DNA of 64,000 bases. It comes from an uncultured Methanosarcinales archaeon. GTDB lineage: Archaea > Nanobdellota > Nanobdellia > Woesearchaeales > GW2011-AR9. Under the pieces are notes generated by a model. The model was not told the DNA's origin. It was given only the letters and a program-made list of their open reading frames with translations, and did no database searches. Location: positions 32,001 to 96,000 of the forward strand of contig CAYFMJ010000002.1 in assembly GCA_964344235.1 (NCBI GenBank). Reading direction: 5' to 3'. A program made the position numbers and the translations under genes. Positions 1 through 8,313 of the stretch are shown one piece after another. Position 1 is the stretch's first letter. Every line of letters starts with the position of its first letter.

Positions 1-1
1 C

Positions 2-136
2 GGCTTTGTTTCAATTAAAGGAACACCAGAAAACGAACTCAAAGTTGAGAGTGCTATCCATCTCATTGAAGCTAAATCTCACGAGTCTGGTTTAACCGAG
101 AAAATTGAAGCATTCCTCGCAGGAGGTGCAGCGTAA
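2..136 (+). CDS. rrp4: Exosome RNA-binding subunit Rrp4, C-terminal fragment (gene starts before window)
   Basis: Frame 2 reads GFVSIKGTPENELKVESAIHLIEAKSHESGLTEKIEAFL...; resembles the Rrp4 KH C-terminus (I..EAHxSGLT); stop overlaps rrp41 ATG; conserved operon order. Confidence 0.75.
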   Translation, partial: GFVSIKGTPENELKVESAIHLIEAKSHESGLTEKIEAFLAGGAA

Positions 137-867
137 TGGTATACAAACAACGATTAGACGGCAGAAAAGACGACGAGTTACGTCCAATGGAAGCTAAGGT
201 TGGTGTTATTCCAAACGCTGACGGCTCCGCTTCATTTAAGATTGGGAAAACACACGCTATTGCAGCAGTCTACGGACCAAGGGAACTGTTTCCTAGGTTC
301 TTACAGAATCCTAAAACGGGAATTTTACGATGTCATTACACAATGATGCCGTTCTCAGGTTCAGGAGAGAGAATCCGTCCTGGAAAAAGTAGACGAGCTC
401 AGGAAATTTCCATGGTTATGACGAAAGCGTTATCTCCGGTGTTAGATTTAACAGAATTTCCAAACGCTGTTGTTGATGTCTTTGTACAATTACCACAAAC
501 TGATGCAGGAACACGATGTGCAGCTATTACTGCAGCTTCCATGGCTCTTGCAGATGCAGGAATTCCAATGAAAGACATGATCTCTTCAGTGGCTGTGGGA
601 AATGTTGATGATAAAATCGTCGCAGACCTAACGTACAAAGAGGAGCAGATCGGTCAATTCAATCCGGAATCAAAGGACGCTCCTGTATCCGACATTCCAT
701 TAGCAATGTTGCATAACACCAAAGAGATTTCACTTCTGCAAATGGATGGTGAAATTTCCCGGGATGATTTAGTAAAATCATTAGAACTTGCAAAAATTGC
801 TATGGAAAAGATCTACGAAGTGCAGAAGCAAGCACTGTTAGCAAAATTCACAGGTGACGCACAATGA
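136..867 (+). CDS. rrp41: Exosome complex exonuclease Rrp41
   Basis: RNase PH fold: RLDGRKDDELRP, ADGSA, AAVYGPRE, DAGTRCAAITAASMALADAGIPM. Confidence 0.95.
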   Translation: MVYKQRLDGRKDDELRPMEAKVGVIPNADGSASFKIGKTHAIAAVYGPRELFPRFLQNPKTGILRCHYTMMPFSGSGERIRPGKSRRAQEISMVMTKALSPVLDLTEFPNAVVDVFVQLPQTDAGTRCAAITAASMALADAGIPMKDMISSVAVGNVDDKIVADLTYKEEQIGQFNPESKDAPVSDIPLAMLHNTKEISLLQMDGEISRDDLVKSLELAKIAMEKIYEVQKQALLAKFTGDAQ

Positions 868-1655
868 TTAGCAACAAACGAACAGTAAAACAACTTGCAG
901 CAGAAGGCAAGCGACTAGACATGCGTGGTTTAACCGACTACCGTGAACCAATTGAAATCTCGACAGAAATTTCATGGACCGCAGAAGGCTCAGCGCAAGT
1001 TACAATCGGCAAGACCGTTGTTATGGCTGGTGTGAAACTATCACTAGAGAAACCATACAACGATACTCCCGATGAGGGTGGCATTATGATTAATGCTGAA
1101 CTAACTCCTCTATCAAGTCCAGAGTATGAAGCTGGTCCACCGCCAATTAAAGCTATTGAGTTAGCGAGAGTAACGGACAGAGGAATTCGAGAAGCGAAAG
1201 CAATCGATGTGAAGAAACTCTGTGTAACTCCTGGCGAGAAAGCATGGTTTGTTATTGTTGATATTGTAACGATTAACGATGATGGAAACCTGTTTGACGC
1301 AGCAAGCTTAGCAGCAATCACCGCTTTGAAAGCAGCACGGTTCCCAGTTGTTGATGAAGCAACTGGAGCTATCAACTACAAAGAGAAAACAGATACACCT
1401 GTTCCTCTCGACAAAGAACCTCTTTCAGTAACTGTGTACAAAATCAACGGCGCATTAGTTGTTGACCCAACACGGGAAGAAGAGAACGCCTATGATGCTC
1501 GGTTAACTGTTGCTATTGATAAAAATGGCACAATCTCAGCAATGCAGAAAGGTGGTGAGGGTCTTTTGACTGTTGAAGAAGTTGCACAAGTAGCTGACAT
1601 CGCAATGGAAAAATCAGCATTTCTTCGTGAGAAAGTAAATGCAAAGGTGAACTAA
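864..1655 (+). CDS. rrp42: Exosome complex component Rrp42
   Basis: GKRLDMRGLTDYR, AEGSAQVTIGKT, DDGNLFDAASLA, VDPTREEE; ATGA overlap with rrp41. Confidence 0.95.
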   Translation: MISNKRTVKQLAAEGKRLDMRGLTDYREPIEISTEISWTAEGSAQVTIGKTVVMAGVKLSLEKPYNDTPDEGGIMINAELTPLSSPEYEAGPPPIKAIELARVTDRGIREAKAIDVKKLCVTPGEKAWFVIVDIVTINDDGNLFDAASLAAITALKAARFPVVDEATGAINYKEKTDTPVPLDKEPLSVTVYKINGALVVDPTREEENAYDARLTVAIDKNGTISAMQKGGEGLLTVEEVAQVADIAMEKSAFLREKVNAKVN

Positions 1656-1656
1656 C

Positions 1657-1872
1657 ATGGCACATGACGAAGTAACATACACAAAGTACGAAAAAGCACG
1701 GATGATCGGATCCAGAGCTTTACAGCTTTCAATGGGTGCTCCGTTCTTGCTAAAGTTAAGTGAAGAAGAATTAACCAAAATCAGATATGACGTGATTCAG
1801 TTAGCAATCATGGAATTTGATGAGGGAGTTCTTCCAATCACCGTTAAGAGACCTATTGCGAAGGCCAAATAA
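1657..1872 (+). CDS. rpoK: RNA polymerase subunit K (Rpo6)
   Basis: YTKYEKARMIGSRALQLSMGAP and LPITVKR motifs. Confidence 0.93.
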   Translation: MAHDEVTYTKYEKARMIGSRALQLSMGAPFLLKLSEEELTKIRYDVIQLAIMEFDEGVLPITVKRPIAKAK

Positions 1873-1946
1873 CTTTATTTTATGCTTTTTTGAAACCACT
1901 TGTGGGTGACGAAAGACTTATAAAAGAACCTACCATATTACTAACT

Positions 1947-2576
1947 ATGGCTAGAAAAAAGGAAAAACGTCGTAGGAAGCGTGGTGCAAGGGCAGTTGTT
2001 TACACCCCCAAAGATCGTTCCAGGTCGAAGGAAGGCTTTTTCCACCCTTTATATTTTTACACTCTTGGGGTTCAGTTTGTATACACTATCAGTAGCCTGC
2101 CAGACTCATTTCAAGAACAACTGGCACAAAGCCCAATCACAACAATTACCGGTGCTAGTCTAACGGCTTTGGGAGTTGGGTTGGGGGTAAGAACTCAAGT
2201 TTACATGAAGCAACATTTCTCGCATAATCCAGATGGGAGTTTAGAAAATACACTTGCTACAGATGGTCCCTATGGTCTGGTTAGACACCCTATTTATTCC
2301 TGCTTTAGAGCAGCAAATGTGGGAATGGGATTAATGTTCCCAACTCCAATAAATATAGGATTAACCGTAGCTGCTTTAACCTTTTCTGAAGCACAATCAA
2401 GGGCGGAAGAGAGAAGATGCCTGAAAGATTTTGGTCCTAATTATGCTGAATACAAAGAAAGAACTCCTCGCTGGATTCCCCGAATTAAAACCTTAAAACA
2501 ACGCATTGGGGAATACTCAGTCAGACATCCAAAATTAACTGGTGTAGTAAATACACTGGGCACAATGCTTGGATAA
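1947..2576 (+). CDS. Isoprenylcysteine carboxyl methyltransferase (ICMT/PEMT)-like membrane protein
   Basis: LATDGPYGLVRHPIY and AEERRCLKDFGPNYAEYKERTPRWIP motifs; start moved to ATG 1947, about 24 nt after a TTTATAAAA box. Confidence 0.75.
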   Translation: MARKKEKRRRKRGARAVVYTPKDRSRSKEGFFHPLYFYTLGVQFVYTISSLPDSFQEQLAQSPITTITGASLTALGVGLGVRTQVYMKQHFSHNPDGSLENTLATDGPYGLVRHPIYSCFRAANVGMGLMFPTPINIGLTVAALTFSEAQSRAEERRCLKDFGPNYAEYKERTPRWIPRIKTLKQRIGEYSVRHPKLTGVVNTLGTMLG

Positions 2577-2581
2577 CAATT

Positions 2582-2872
2582 ATGAACTCCACAATAACCC
2601 AACAAAAACTGGACAAATATTTCTCGATCACCAAAGAAGCATTGGATATGGCACGTGATAAATTCAATCCTCAAAGAGAAACGGAAGCAGCAGACTTCTT
2701 CGATATGGCAGAACGCTACTACAACGACGCTCATTTCTTTCTCAATGAAAAGCAAGATGCAGTCCTAGCATTTGCTGCTCTAAACTACGCCCATGGCTGG
2801 CTTGATGCGGGGGCAAGGATTGGTTTATTTGACGTAAAAGACGATAGGTTATTCACAGTTGATGCAGAGTAA
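2582..2872 (+). CDS. DUF357 family protein
   Basis: YYNDAHFFL...AFAALNYAHGWLDAGARIGLF is the archaeal DUF357 signature. Confidence 0.85.
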   Translation: MNSTITQQKLDKYFSITKEALDMARDKFNPQRETEAADFFDMAERYYNDAHFFLNEKQDAVLAFAALNYAHGWLDAGARIGLFDVKDDRLFTVDAE

Positions 2873-2978
2873 CCACTAAACGGTACTAAATAAACCAAAA
2901 GATTTATAAAGCGTTTACAGTTATAGAGTAATTAAGAGGTTCTGAGAGTGGTCGATGTGTTAATGGAGGCAAATAACA

Positions 2979-3764
2979 ATGATCGTCCAAAAAGATTTCC
3001 TGAACAAACTCAAAGACTTCGGTCTCAATTCATATGAAAGTAAACTCTGGATCGCTCTCTTAAGCCGTGGCGTTTCAACCGCAGGAGAATTATCAGATAT
3101 CTCAAACGTACCTCGATCACGAGCGTATGATGTTCTTGAAAGTTTAGAAAAGAAGGGCTTTATTATTGTAAAAGTAGGAAAACCAATCAAATATCTTGCT
3201 GTTCCACCGTCTGAAGTTATTGAAAGAGTAAAGAAAAAAGTACAAGACGAAGCAGAACAGCGGAATAAAATTCTAACAGAATTAAAAGATTCAAATATCC
3301 TTGGAGAATTAAACACACTTCACACAGAAGGTGTTAAATTAGTTGACCCAACCGATAAGAGTGGCGCTTTTCGAGGCCGAGATAAAGTCCATGACCACTT
3401 AGTTTCTATGGTAAAGCGAGCAAAGTCTAACATTACTTTAATGAATTCAAAAGAAGGAGCAGATAGAAAATTAGATTTGCTTGCAAACCATCTCAAAAAA
3501 GCAGCAAAGAATGGTGTTGAAATTAACGTAACAGTTCCTACTGGTACAAGCAAAGAAACTATTACACAATTCGAGACCGTTGCAAAAGTGAAGCAGCTGA
3601 AAAACACCACAGCACGATTCTGTATGGTTGACGGTCAGGAATTACTACTATTCTTAACAGATGATAAGAACGTTCACAAAAGTTACGATTGTGCAGTATG
3701 GTTAGACGCACCGTATTTCGTAAGCTACTTCGAGAACCTCTTCCAGAACGAATGGAGGAAATAA
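2979..3764 (+). CDS. TrmB family transcriptional regulator
   Basis: FGLNSYESKLWIALL...TAGELSDISNVPRSRAYDVLESLEKKG wHTH followed by a PLD-like effector domain; GGAGG SD upstream. Confidence 0.9.
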   Translation: MIVQKDFLNKLKDFGLNSYESKLWIALLSRGVSTAGELSDISNVPRSRAYDVLESLEKKGFIIVKVGKPIKYLAVPPSEVIERVKKKVQDEAEQRNKILTELKDSNILGELNTLHTEGVKLVDPTDKSGAFRGRDKVHDHLVSMVKRAKSNITLMNSKEGADRKLDLLANHLKKAAKNGVEINVTVPTGTSKETITQFETVAKVKQLKNTTARFCMVDGQELLLFLTDDKNVHKSYDCAVWLDAPYFVSYFENLFQNEWRK

Positions 3765-3795
3765 TTTTTTAAATTAGAATAGGTTTTGCTTTAAA

Positions 3796-4160
3796 ATGGG
3801 AACCATCGATACATTTGTTGTGGTGACTCTAGAACCGGTCGTTGGCCACTCCCGCTTTGCTGAAGAATCTGATCACTATATCTGTGTTGGTGTCTATGCC
3901 GAGCCTTTGACAATAGATGGTGATGAGGCTGATTTTTCCACAGTTCTAGCAGAAGGCTTGCGGATCAAAGGAAACGGGGGAAAGTAATCTACGAAGGTGG
4001 ATTACTCTTGGACCCACTAAGCGCGTCGGATTATGGCTTCATGTTAGCTCAGGAATTTGGCGGCCAAGCAGATGAAACGTCGGGCTATGGTGGTCTAACT
4101 ATTCGCTTTCCCGCGAGTAGAGAGGAAGCACTATTAGCTCGCTTACAACCAGATCAGTAA
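3796..4160 (+). other. Hypothetical gene split by a -1 frameshift (programmed shift, pseudogene or sequence error)
   Basis: 63-aa ORF stops at 3985-3987 right after G GGA AAG (3978-3984); the -1 frame stays open from there to TAA 4158-4160. Confidence 0.5.
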
Positions 4161-4190
4161 ATTTTTAAACCCCCTTTCTTTTCTTTCTCT

Positions 4191-4535
4191 ATGTCCTTAA
4201 AACAAGTAATTCTCGTACGACAAGACCTCAAACTACCGAAAGGGAAGGCAGCAGCGCAAGCAGCCCATGCCTCTGTGGAAGCTGTTCTCAAATCCCCTCC
4301 ACAACTCGTCAAAGATTGGCGTGCAACAGGTATGGCTAAGATTGTGTTGAAAGTAAAGAATGAGAAAGAATTGATCAAATACTTTCAAATGGCCAAAGAT
4401 GAGGGCATCACAGCTTCGTTAATCACAGACGCTGGCAGAACTGTCATCGCTCCTGGAACAAAGACCTGCGTGGGAATCGGTCCGGATGAAGAAGAAACCA
4501 TCGACCATCTTACGAGTGAGTTACCTCTTCTCTAA
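4191..4535 (+). CDS. pth2: Peptidyl-tRNA hydrolase Pth2
   Basis: KQVILVRQDLKLPKGKAAAQAAHAS, KIVLKV, DAGRTVIAPGTKTCVGIGP. Confidence 0.95.
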   Translation: MSLKQVILVRQDLKLPKGKAAAQAAHASVEAVLKSPPQLVKDWRATGMAKIVLKVKNEKELIKYFQMAKDEGITASLITDAGRTVIAPGTKTCVGIGPDEEETIDHLTSELPLL

Positions 4536-4572
4536 CCAAAAATTTATAAATAAACTACGTCCCAAACCTGTT

Positions 4573-4881
4573 ATGAAGCTACCAAAGACGATTAAACGGT
4601 ATAATCCGAAATTACGGAAGCATACCGTGCATAAAGTAGTACAAGTGAAGAAACGTCAGGCTAGTTCTCTCAAGCGAGGTTCAAAATATCGAGCGAAGAA
4701 ACGAGGAGAAGCACGTGGTGTTGGCGGTCACGGTAGATATTCTAAACCTGCCGTAACAAAGTTCAAACGGACTGGTGCGAAAGCTACCAAGAAAACCAAT
4801 TTAGTCTTTGAATGTACAGAGAGTAAAATGAAATTCTCTCAGAAAAGCGGGAAGCGAACAAAGAGATTGGAATTAATTTAA
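4573..4881 (+). CDS. rpl44e: 50S ribosomal protein L44e (eL42)
   Basis: MKLPKTIKRY..., GGHGRYSK, KATKKTNL; position upstream of rps27e-aIF2a; start at ATG 4573. Confidence 0.92.
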   Translation: MKLPKTIKRYNPKLRKHTVHKVVQVKKRQASSLKRGSKYRAKKRGEARGVGGHGRYSKPAVTKFKRTGAKATKKTNLVFECTESKMKFSQKSGKRTKRLELI

Positions 4882-4882
4882 A

Positions 4883-5059
4883 ATGGCTGAACCAAAAAGC
4901 AAATTTATCAAAGTACGATGTTCCGATTGTAAGAACGAACAGATTATTTTTGGTAACGCAAGTAATGTTGTAAAGTGCTTAGTATGTAGCAAAGAAATGG
5001 CCTACCCAACTGGCGGTAAATCCAAGATTTCTGCACGTGTTTTAGAAGTGTTTGGGTAA
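4883..5059 (+). CDS. rps27e: 30S ribosomal protein S27e (not in ORF track)
   Basis: MAEPKSKFIKVRCSDCKNEQIIFGNASNVVKCLVCSKEMAYPTGGKSKISARVLEVFG. Confidence 0.95.
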   Translation: MAEPKSKFIKVRCSDCKNEQIIFGNASNVVKCLVCSKEMAYPTGGKSKISARVLEVFG

Positions 5060-5101
5060 ACGACACAATCTTTTTAAAGAGCTCTCTTCCTTACAGATAA
5101 A

Positions 5102-5881
5102 ATGCTCTATAAATTATCTGGCTTACCGGAAGAAGGAGAAATCGTTCTCTGTAAAGTTACCAAGATCTATCCAAACTCCGTTTTCGTTGATCTCTTAGAA
5201 TACCGTGATTCAGGAATGGTCCACATTTCAGAAGTTTCTCCGGGAAGAATCCGGAACTTACGTGATTATGTAAGTGTCGGTAGACAAATTGTCTGTAAAG
5301 TTCTTAGAATTGATAGAGATCGTGGTCATATCGATCTCTCATTACGACGAGTTAACTCTAATCAGCGAAGAGAAAAATTAGATGAGATTAAACAAGAACT
5401 AAAGTCAGAACAACTTGTTAAAACAATCGCAAAAAAATTAGGAAAAAAGACCGAAGAATTATACAAAGAACTCACTGCGAAAGTGTTCAAAGAGTACTCT
5501 CACTTATACCTATGCTTCAAAGATATTGTTGATGGGGAAGTTGATTTAGCAAAACTTGGTGTCCCAACAAAAATTGCCAAAGAATTTACGGATGCCGTTA
5601 TTGAAAAATTCAAACCGAAGAAAATCACCCTCAAAGGAGAGATCACATTACAGACATACGATCCTGCAGGTATTGAGAAAATTAAAGAAACACTTCTTGC
5701 AATTGAAAAAGTTTCTGACACTATTGATTTATTCTACTTAGGAGCTGGAAGGTATAAATTAACGATTGAAGATTTTGACTATAAGCCAGCTGAGAAAACG
5801 TTAGCAAAAGCTAAAGACATTCTTGAGAAGTTTAATGGCAAACAGTCAACTGCAACATTCCAACGGGAGAAAAACGAATGA
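5102..5881 (+). CDS. eif2a: Translation initiation factor aIF2 alpha
   Basis: LPEEGEIVLCKV S1 domain, GMVHISEVSPGRIRNLRD, GHIDLSLRRV, YLGAGRYKL. Confidence 0.95.
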   Translation: MLYKLSGLPEEGEIVLCKVTKIYPNSVFVDLLEYRDSGMVHISEVSPGRIRNLRDYVSVGRQIVCKVLRIDRDRGHIDLSLRRVNSNQRREKLDEIKQELKSEQLVKTIAKKLGKKTEELYKELTAKVFKEYSHLYLCFKDIVDGEVDLAKLGVPTKIAKEFTDAVIEKFKPKKITLKGEITLQTYDPAGIEKIKETLLAIEKVSDTIDLFYLGAGRYKLTIEDFDYKPAEKTLAKAKDILEKFNGKQSTATFQREKNE

Positions 5882-6054
5882 AGCAACAAATCCATAAATG
5901 TCCTTCTTGTTCACAATACACTCTGAATCAAGCTTGTTCTTGCGGCACGAAAACAGAATTACCCTGTCCACCGAAATTCTCATTACAAGATAAATACGCT
6001 TCCTATAGAAGAGAAGCTAAAAAAGAAAGTCTGAAAGAAAAAGGACTTTACTAA
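5878..6054 (+). CDS. nop10: H/ACA RNP protein Nop10 (not in ORF track)
   Basis: IHKCPSCSQYTLNQACSCGTKTELPCPPKFSLQDKYASYRR; ATGA overlap with aIF2a, conserved position. Confidence 0.88.
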   Translation: MKQQIHKCPSCSQYTLNQACSCGTKTELPCPPKFSLQDKYASYRREAKKESLKEKGLY

Positions 6055-6812
6055 CCTAAGTTAACATTCAAATCATCGCCTCTCACACGGATTCCCTGTG
6101 CTAGACCCTGTAATTGTAATGTTTCTTCAGCAGCTTTGTCAACCAAAAATTCTCCGTCAAATGAATCGATGAATACTTTATCCCCATCTAACTGCTGCTG
6201 TAATCTCTCACCAACAACTAACTCGCCGCTACCTCGCTCTAATTGCAGATCTTTCAATTCAATCTCATCAATATAGAGGTAATCATATCCTAAATTACTA
6301 AAGGAAATAGCAATCTCTTTTCCCGCTGAGAGTGCAACATCGTTAACTTCTAATCTCTTTGCGGTTCCTTTAATAGAGAAACCAACCCCCTGAAAGTCAA
6401 CGGTTCCTTTGAAATCTTCAATAACTAACGCAACCTCATTTAAGTTACTTAACTCTAATTTATCATTATTCACTTTAATCTCAGCTGCACTATCATCGAA
6501 GCGCAACTGCATATTCTTCACTTTCGCTTCCTCTTTAAACGTCGGCACTTTATCAAACGCCAGAATCATATCTACTCTCTTTGAAGGAGAAGACGTTTTC
6601 GTTGTACTCGTAGTAGCAGTTGTTTCTGCTGCATCGTCCGCTTTTTCCGTTGTATTCCCAATCGAACTTACGATAGCATTTGTAATACTAAATCCATCCC
6701 CATCATTATTCGCTAAGAGTAGAATAAAGATACCACCAACAACCAACGTTACCATCACTATATAGAACCGTACGTGATGATGTGCTGAATGCCCGCCTGC
6801 TGGATGAACCAT
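6051..6812 (-). CDS. Hypothetical membrane-anchored extracellular protein
   Basis: 253-aa ORF, N-terminal TM helix, Thr-rich linker, beta-rich C-terminus. Confidence 0.7.
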   Translation of the reverse strand: MVHPAGGHSAHHHVRFYIVMVTLVVGGIFILLLANNDGDGFSITNAIVSSIGNTTEKADDAAETTATTSTTKTSSPSKRVDMILAFDKVPTFKEEAKVKNMQLRFDDSAAEIKVNNDKLELSNLNEVALVIEDFKGTVDFQGVGFSIKGTAKRLEVNDVALSAGKEIAISFSNLGYDYLYIDEIELKDLQLERGSGELVVGERLQQQLDGDKVFIDSFDGEFLVDKAAEETLQLQGLAQGIRVRGDDLNVNLG

Positions 6813-6940
6813 AATATGACCTCGTTTTCAGGGAGTATGAAGTTCTCTAGCGTTAATAAGTTTTTTGGTTGTTAAACAATACTGACCTCTCAGAATTGAG
6901 CATAACCTTTATAAAAAACCCTCCTAACTAACACTCTATC

Positions 6941-7011
6941 GAGAGGTACACCGGCTACGGCTTGTGTATACTGGAGAGAAGCATAGACTTATTCTCCAAG
7001 AGGCAAATATA
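6941..7011 (+). promoter_or_regulatory. Structured 5' leader of rps15 (r-protein leader candidate)
   Basis: TTTATAAA at 6908-6915; about 70-nt leader with stems GTACAC/GTGTAT (6946-6969) and TGGAGAG-AAG/CTT-TTCTCCA (6972-6998). Confidence 0.45.
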
Positions 7012-7464
7012 ATGGCACGAATGCATAGTAGAGATAAAGGAAAAAGTCGAAGTTCCAAACCACCAAAGAGTATCCCCTCCTGGGCACCTCACAAAGGTAA
7101 GGAAGTCGAGAAATTAGTGGTAAAATACGCAAAGGCAGATCACAGCTCCAGCGAAATTGGCATGATCTTACGAGATAATTACGGAATTCAAAGTGTAAAA
7201 GCACTTACCGAAAAAACAATTTCCCAAATCATGGAAGAAAATGGTATCACTAAAACCCTTCCAGAAGATTTACTAAACTTAATCCGAAAAATGATTCATG
7301 TAAAAACACACTTCGAGAAGAACCGACAAGATAAAACAGCGAAGCGTGGTTTACTCTTAACCAGTTCCAAAATCAGACGGTTAGTGAAGTATTACAAAGC
7401 TTCAAAGAAACTACCAGCTGATTGGAAATTAGACATGAATCGATTAAAGATTTACTTAGAATAA
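7012..7464 (+). CDS. rps15: 30S ribosomal protein S15 (uS15/S13e)
   Basis: MARMHSRDKGKSRS, SEIGMILRDNYG, LPEDLLNLIRK, KIRRLVKYYK. Confidence 0.95.
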   Translation: MARMHSRDKGKSRSSKPPKSIPSWAPHKGKEVEKLVVKYAKADHSSSEIGMILRDNYGIQSVKALTEKTISQIMEENGITKTLPEDLLNLIRKMIHVKTHFEKNRQDKTAKRGLLLTSSKIRRLVKYYKASKKLPADWKLDMNRLKIYLE

Positions 7465-7495
7465 GTTTTTTATTTTCTTTTTCAATTAAAAAACA

Positions 7496-7837
7496 ATGGG
7501 TGACTTACCAAAAACAAAATTTACCAAATGCAATCCTGGAGACTATATTATGTCTCTTGACACAACAGTGATTTTCGAGATTGTAAGGTCCGGTGATGCC
7601 ATGCCTACTGCATTTCAAGACCGCGATGGTTGGGCGGGTGGAACTTTTGCTCCAGACACTCCTGTTATGAAGTGTTATTGGGTTCATCCCGAATTTAGAG
7701 ACCAACAACCTCTCTCTGAAGGCCAAACAACCATTGATTACTTCAGGCAAGATTTTTATGGGCCTTTCACAAGAGAATTTGTTGATTTTGGAATTGAGAA
7801 AATGATGGAAGAATATAAGTCTCATGAAAAAGTGTAA
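7496..7837 (+). CDS. Hypothetical protein (orphan)
   Basis: 113-aa ORF filling the gap, protein-like composition, no recognised motif. Confidence 0.6.
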   Translation: MGDLPKTKFTKCNPGDYIMSLDTTVIFEIVRSGDAMPTAFQDRDGWAGGTFAPDTPVMKCYWVHPEFRDQQPLSEGQTTIDYFRQDFYGPFTREFVDFGIEKMMEEYKSHEKV

Positions 7838-7860
7838 ACAACAAAAAAATAAACTTATAA

Positions 7861-7916
7861 CATAGTTTTGATACTTGCGCTAGTAAGTTCCAAAACTAGA
7901 GCATAGTTTTGATACT
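7861..7916. repeat. 15-bp direct repeat CATAGTTTTGATACT with an intervening inverted half copy
   Basis: Copies at 7861-7875 and 7902-7916; CAAAACTA at 7891-7898 complements TAGTTTTG in both. Confidence 0.8.
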
Positions 7917-8183
7917 CTCAATCGAAGATGCAATGTCTTGACCTTTCTTCGTTAACTCTAATAACTTCAAGCGGCCTTCTTTCTTAAAATTAATTAACTC
8001 TGCTTTCTGCATCTCTTGTAAAATCTTTACAACATGAGAATATGTGCAATCAATTTGCTTTGCCAAGACAGATGCGTAGACATTGCTGTTTGCATTCTTT
8101 AACTCAACCAACATCATTGCCGGCTTCTCTCTGAAAAAAACGTCGAATATTCCTTTTTCTTTGATCAATGTAAAACCCCCCAA
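7896..8183 (-). CDS. Winged-helix DNA-binding protein (MarR-like)
   Basis: VYASVLAKQIDCTYSHVVKILQEM...KKEGRLKLLELTKKG; AGGTGGA SD upstream. Confidence 0.8.
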   Translation of the reverse strand: MGGFTLIKEKGIFDVFFREKPAMMLVELKNANSNVYASVLAKQIDCTYSHVVKILQEMQKAELINFKKEGRLKLLELTKKGQDIASSIESIKTML

Positions 8184-8313
8184 ACATCCACCTAACCCCG
8201 ATCATTCGGGTTGAATAGGTATATTTAAACATTTATTGACTCTAATGGATATTTTGGAGAACACATTCTTATTTAAACTTTCTGGTTCGTTTTTTCACTA
8301 CATATTACCTAAA

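Noticed and set aside
136-6054. Exosome and translation operons as findings
   Set aside because: These are standard conserved archaeal gene orders; nothing unusual beyond the items reported separately.
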